A stretch of DNA of 56,251 bases, counting the filler, from Squatina squatina (lineage: Eukaryota): the NCBI GenBank assembly GCA_031763465.1. It is 3 parts of 3 records of this genome, joined end to end, with 100 filler letters (N's around TTAATTAATTAA, not from the genome) between each part and the next. Parts side by side here need not be neighbours in the genome. Positions count along the whole stretch, not along the records: positions 37,116 to 56,251 come from JARFOE010000016.1; 2 more parts are not named here. One strand, written 5' to 3'. The position numbers and the translations under genes were made by a program. Of this stretch, positions 51,601 to 56,251 are shown in pieces. Under the pieces are notes generated by a model. That model was given only the letters and a program-made list of their open reading frames with translations. It was not told the DNA's origin and searched no databases. How positions within the stretch are numbered: the first letter of the stretch is position 1; each line of letters begins with the position of its first letter.

Positions 51601-52249
51601 GACTTACACAAGTTGCCTCTAATTGTTCTTTCAGCAGAATTGGTCGGTGTGAAAATGCCATGCAAAATTATATTTATAATTTAGTAATTCAGACAATCGC
51701 TGTCACTCCTGTCTAATTAGACAACAGGCTGACATTTTCTACTTTATCACTTCCATGTCACCAATTTAAGAGACAACTACATCTTTCCCATTATCTCAGA
51801 GAGCAGTCGGAGGAGGCACCTACTTTATAACCTCGCCGTCCCTTTCTCTAGAACGTGGACCTGGTTAATTTGAATTGGCAGCCTTAATTTGCATTTGAAA
51901 TACATTAATTTAAATGATAGATGGCTTTGTGTGAATATAATTGAACTTTTCAGAACAGAGCGAGGGAACAATGCGCCAGCGATCAGCGAAATAAACTGCA
52001 GATGCGGTTCCATTAATCACGAAACAATACCAAACAACAGGTAGCCTGACAATCGGGGGAAGTTGTGGGGTGGGGGTGGTGGTGAGATGTCTTCAAGGCC
52101 ACTTTAAGCTTGGGATTGAGTCTTAATGAAAGGAGGCAAGAAGAAAGAATAGAAAATAATCGAGATTCCAGTAAATCTGTATTGTTATTTTCCAGCACTC
52201 ACGTCAAGTTTAGATGAGCAGGCCTTGAGACACAATCGCCATGGTAATA

Positions 52250-52406
52250 ACTTCGTAAAGGCTTTGTGTCTCAATGCAAGGAGCATTCGTAATAAGGTGG
52301 ATGAATTGAATGTGCAGATAGTTATTAATAAATATGATATAGTTGGGATCACGGAGACATGGCTCCAGGGTGACCAAGGCTGGGAGCTCAATATCCAGGG
52401 ATATTC
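52250..52406 (+). mobile_element. CR1 LINE ORF2 AP-endonuclease N-terminus
   Basis: VKALCLNARSIRNKVDELNVQIVINKYDIVGITETWLQGDQGWELNIQGY. Confidence 0.85.
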
Positions 52407-52934
52407 NNNNNNNNNNNNNNNNNNNNNNNNNNNNNNNNNNNNNNNNNNNNNNNNNNNNNNNNNNNNNNNNNNNNNNNNNNNNNNNNNNNNNNNNNNNNNN
52501 NNNNNNTTTAATAACTTTTCATGATACAACTGCTGATCACCATCATTTGCTCTACATTGCCTTGTTAATAGGGTCATTTATCTTTCTTCCTCCCGGTCAT
52601 TTGCTTGATTAAAGTTCCAGTATTTCAATTCTCCTGTATCTCTTATATTGAAATCGCTTATTTGAAAAAAAATAGTCATAATTGCTCCTGTTTAATATTC
52701 CCTGGAATTTATGTATTAATTTATTCTGCTCGGTTTTCGTTTTAACGTTATTTAAATTTATATTGCGGCAATATATTTCATGTCACCGCTGACTGTGTTT
52801 AAGTCCAACATGAGGAGACGTTTTAAATTCATCTGAAATTGAAATGTAAAACATGGTAAAGGGAACTCACAGCTCAAACAGTGATGTCAGGGTGAGTGCA
52901 GCTCCAATATTGCAAGAAAAGCCAGCATTGTTTT

Positions 52935-53212
52935 GGGGTATGGCAGCTTAGTGTTTATGTTACTGGACTAGTAATCCAGAGGGTAATGGTCTGGAGACAA
53001 GGGTTCAAATCCCACCAGGGCAGCTGGGGAATTTAAATTCAGTTAATTAAGTAAATCTGGAATAAAAAGTTAGTATCAGTAATGCTGACTCCAGACCCAG
53101 AGCAATGTGGTTGACTCTTAAGTGGCTGAGCAAGGCACTTATTCAAGAAGGTGGCGGCTCACCATTTTGAGGGCAATTGGGGAAGGGTGATGCCCATATT
53201 CCGTGAATGAAT
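52935..53212 (+). mobile_element. tRNA-derived SINE (second family), internally deleted
   Basis: A-box-like TGGCAGCTTAGTG and B-box GGGTTCAAATCCC. Tail shared with the 21320-21578 family. Confidence 0.7.
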
Positions 53213-53888
53213 GCGAATCAAGTTTGCTTTTGTTGTCCGGCTCTATTCCCAATCTTCATTAGCTCGCTTTCTTGGCTCGAATGGTTCAAGCTAAAGCTTT
53301 GATCTAACTCAGAATGGGGAAAGGGTGGGTGTCACAGCACTTTGTTCACATCTGCAATTGTTGCCGTTTGTTCACAGCCTGCAAATCTCCACGCATTGAG
53401 CCTTGGCGCTCAGGTGGGCTTTCAAGGAATAAAGCATTCCTGTAAATTAGAAAGCTGGAACCAATTTCAAATTGAGAATCCAAATGCAGTTTTTTTTTCT
53501 AGTTCAAACTTCAAAACCTTCTGTTCTAATTATGTAAACTTAAGAAAGGGATTCGCATTTTTGTGCTGATGCTGTAAACTTCAGCTGAGGAGTCGAGAAT
53601 GACTTGCCTGCAATCTGTCAAGGTTAAATGGGGAGGTGGGGTGGAGTTTCTCTGTCACAATTGTCATAGTTTTGTAATGACTGATATGAAAAAGGCATTC
53701 GAATCAGTTTGTTACCATAATCATGGGAGCCTATATGTGTGGCTGTATTTTGACCTCAGTGGAGAATGAAAGTGGTTGGGGTGTAATACTAGCGTTGCAC
53801 CCAATCCCGCGAGTTTCCCCACAAGCGTGTTAGGTTAAAATTGCCCCCTTGGAGCCTCAACCAATTAGGAAAAAGTGGAAAAAAAACA

Positions 53889-54330
53889 CTTCTTCTTCTT
53901 GGCGTGTCCTGGCATAACATCAAATGCAGTCCCTCCAGTGCCGGGCGCATTGGAGGGCAATGTCGTTCGCCTCAACCAAATCATCGGAGGTGGTTGGTGT
54001 GGGCAGTAGGGGGCGGATTAGCAGGTGGCCCATGCTTTTCTCCACAGTCACAGGTGTCAGGGCCTTGTGTGTATCCCCATTTGACCATGTTGGCCTTACA
54101 TCTGCCAACTTTGGTACGCAAGCGATTTAGTGACTTCCAGGTGGTCCGTCCACTTTGGGCCCCACCCGGGAGTCCCTCTGCTGGGAGGATGTTGAGCCTC
54201 GTGGTGTTTTCCGGCTCGTTCGGTTGCTGTTGCCGCAGCCTTGAACGGGCGGTGCTTGCGGTTGTTTCTAACGGCTCTGTGGAGGAGCAGAAGCTATCTG
54301 GAGCGCAGTCGACTTGGGATCTGGTTGTGG
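53889..54330 (-). mobile_element. Ingi/Vingi-like (I-group) non-LTR retrotransposon 3' end
   Basis: WKSLNRLRTKVGRCKANMVKWGY...TCDCGE / frameshift / MGHLLIRP...DDLVEANDIALQCARHW* is a degenerate CCHC knuckle, followed by an (AAG)n tail. Confidence 0.65.
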
Positions 54331-56149
54331 CCATCGATCGTATTGAATGGGAGACCAGGCTTGAATGGCCTACTACTGCTCCTGTTTCTTATGTTCTTAA
54401 CCACCTACTCTAATCCCACTTGCCTGCTCGCTCCTCGTGACCTTTCCATGTTTCTCCTTTACTTCCAACAGCGAGGGTTTGTGGCGAAGATTTCCACTTT
54501 ATACTCACTTCCTGTGTAAATAAATTATTTCTACCCTCCCCTTTAATTCTTCTTTGTTATCAGGGGAGAGGATAACATTCTTCCGACAGGCTTAACCGAT
54601 GAATTTACAAATACAATGGACGTAGATAGGGAAGTGTTTGGTATTTACAACTTTTATTCCTTAATCAGAAACGACCACTTCCAGTGCAGTGACTGTACAT
54701 TCAAACCAAACAATGAGAGACAGCAACTTCTTATTTTAAATACTTTTAAATAAGTTTGTTGATCGCATCGGGCTGTGAGGCTCCAGCTGCGTGGCCCCGG
54801 GTGGTGTCCACATTGCCCCGTCTGCCACCGGGCCCCGTGCGATGGAACAAATCATGAGCAACATCGACTGCCCCATTCTAAAAAACTTGAACAACAACAG
54901 CGTATTTCTATAGCGCATTCAATGTCCCAAGGCACTGCCCGGCAGTATTATACAGTGGCCGGGACTCTGTCTCATGATCCCGCACCATGTTGGGTGGGAT
55001 TTCTGCGTAGAACGAAGGAAATTGGATATGGTGAAGCNNNNNNNNNNNNNNNNNNNNNNNNNNNNNNNNNNNNNNNNNNNNNNNNNNNNNNNNNNNNNNN
55101 NNNNNNNNNNNNNNNNNNNNNNNNNNNNNNNNNNNNNGAGTCGTTAAGATTCTCTTTGCAGAATCACTGACATAGGCCCTGATCATTCAATGTGCTCAGT
55201 GCTTTTACATCAAATCAATTGGCCTAATTAGTGCTGCACCAGTCTGCGATAGTAATATCTCACGCTCAACTGCTTGGAAAATAACAATCGGAAACTCTTA
55301 TATACCCTACTACCTCATAGGAATAAAAGACTGTCATCAAATGTTGTGATTTAATTAAAAAGCTTTACCGAAATGGCAGATGGAGTTATGGATTTATTTA
55401 TATTAAACATTCATCATTCAGGAGTGATGATAAATTTGAAAACCGCACTACACTCTACTTAAGAAATGAGGATTAACTATTTCAATGTCAGAGATATTTG
55501 AACAGAGCCCAAAGAGCTTCGACTCCTGGTCAATGTTCTCGATAAGGTGCACGTACATGTGGACGCGCAGTAATCTGAAACCTCCCATGCAGGCTGCTCA
55601 CTGGCTTTTACAGTGTAACTGCCGAGCATGCTCAGAAATGTAAAGGGACCGTGCATTAAAAGAGACAGGCCCGCAGAACAAAGTGCAGCTTACAGCCAAC
55701 ATTGTTCCTGGTGGTTCTGACGCCACAGAGGACAGGAGCCCTCCCCGAAGTGGACTTGCTTTGTGCCTGTTCTGAGTATTGGCAGGCTATTTAACTGTGA
55801 AAGGCATCATCGCCAATTCCAATCATTGTTCTCATCCAATGGGCCCAGGCCTTCTCCAGCAGACATCCTTGGATGGTGATCAGGAGCAAAGCTTTCCCCC
55901 CACCTCTCTGCCGCAGACCAGGGACGCTGAGGCTACTGATAGCACCCAGACCTTGAGATCATCAAACAGCCCACAGATCAAACCCGAGGGTTCAGCACAC
56001 AAACTAGGCTGTGCCTTCACCTTAAGGCCTACTAGGGCAACACTATGCCAACATCCTTTGAAAAATTCCATGCGGACTGAGAAGGAAGTCTAAATTAGAG
56101 TGGGTGAATTCACTGTCAAATAAGTTACAGAAAGGCAAATGAAGAAATT

Positions 56150-56251
56150 GAAACGTTTAAGATTCTTAGGGGGCTGGACAGGGTAAATGCTGAGAGGATG
56201 TTTCCTCTGATGGGTGAGTCTAGGACCAGAGGGCACAGTCTCAGAATAAGG
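56150..56251 (+). mobile_element. CR1 LINE 3' ORF2 fragment
   Basis: ETFKILRGLDRVNAERMFPLMGESRTRGHSLRI. Confidence 0.8.

Noticed and set aside
52935-53020. tRNA gene (A/B boxes)
   Set aside because: No cloverleaf forms. It is the tRNA-derived head of a SINE.

Overview
Eukaryotic genomic DNA from a gappy draft assembly of a cartilaginous fish (shark-like; inferred from the CR1/L2 LINE and SacSINE1/AmnSINE1-type DeuSINE content). It has many fixed 100-N gaps and two artificial TTAATTAATTAA six-frame-stop spacers. Coding content recognised from memory of the vertebrate orthologues: (1) scattered + strand VPS8 exons, including a candidate 6-nt 'GK' microexon at 301-306 and the C-terminal RING-H2 exons, with many intervening exons missing from the assembly; (2) most of the last coding exon of C3orf70 on the - strand, convergent with VPS8 as in human; (3) one intact TXNDC5-like CGHC thioredoxin exon on + that the ORF track missed; (4) the last coding exon of EEF1AKMT4 on -. 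The rest is intronic/intergenic: LINE and SINE fragments, GC-rich TIR-bounded non-autonomous elements, an LTR-like CpG-rich element with an antisense open frame, an Ingi/Vingi-like LINE 3' end, a stray C2H2 zinc-finger fragment and several repeat-free blocks that look like conserved non-coding elements. I cannot support a wholly new biological system here. The best leads are the microexon, the unexpected TXNDC5 exon, the LTR-like element and the ZNF/CR1 chimera. Repeat boundaries are approximate.
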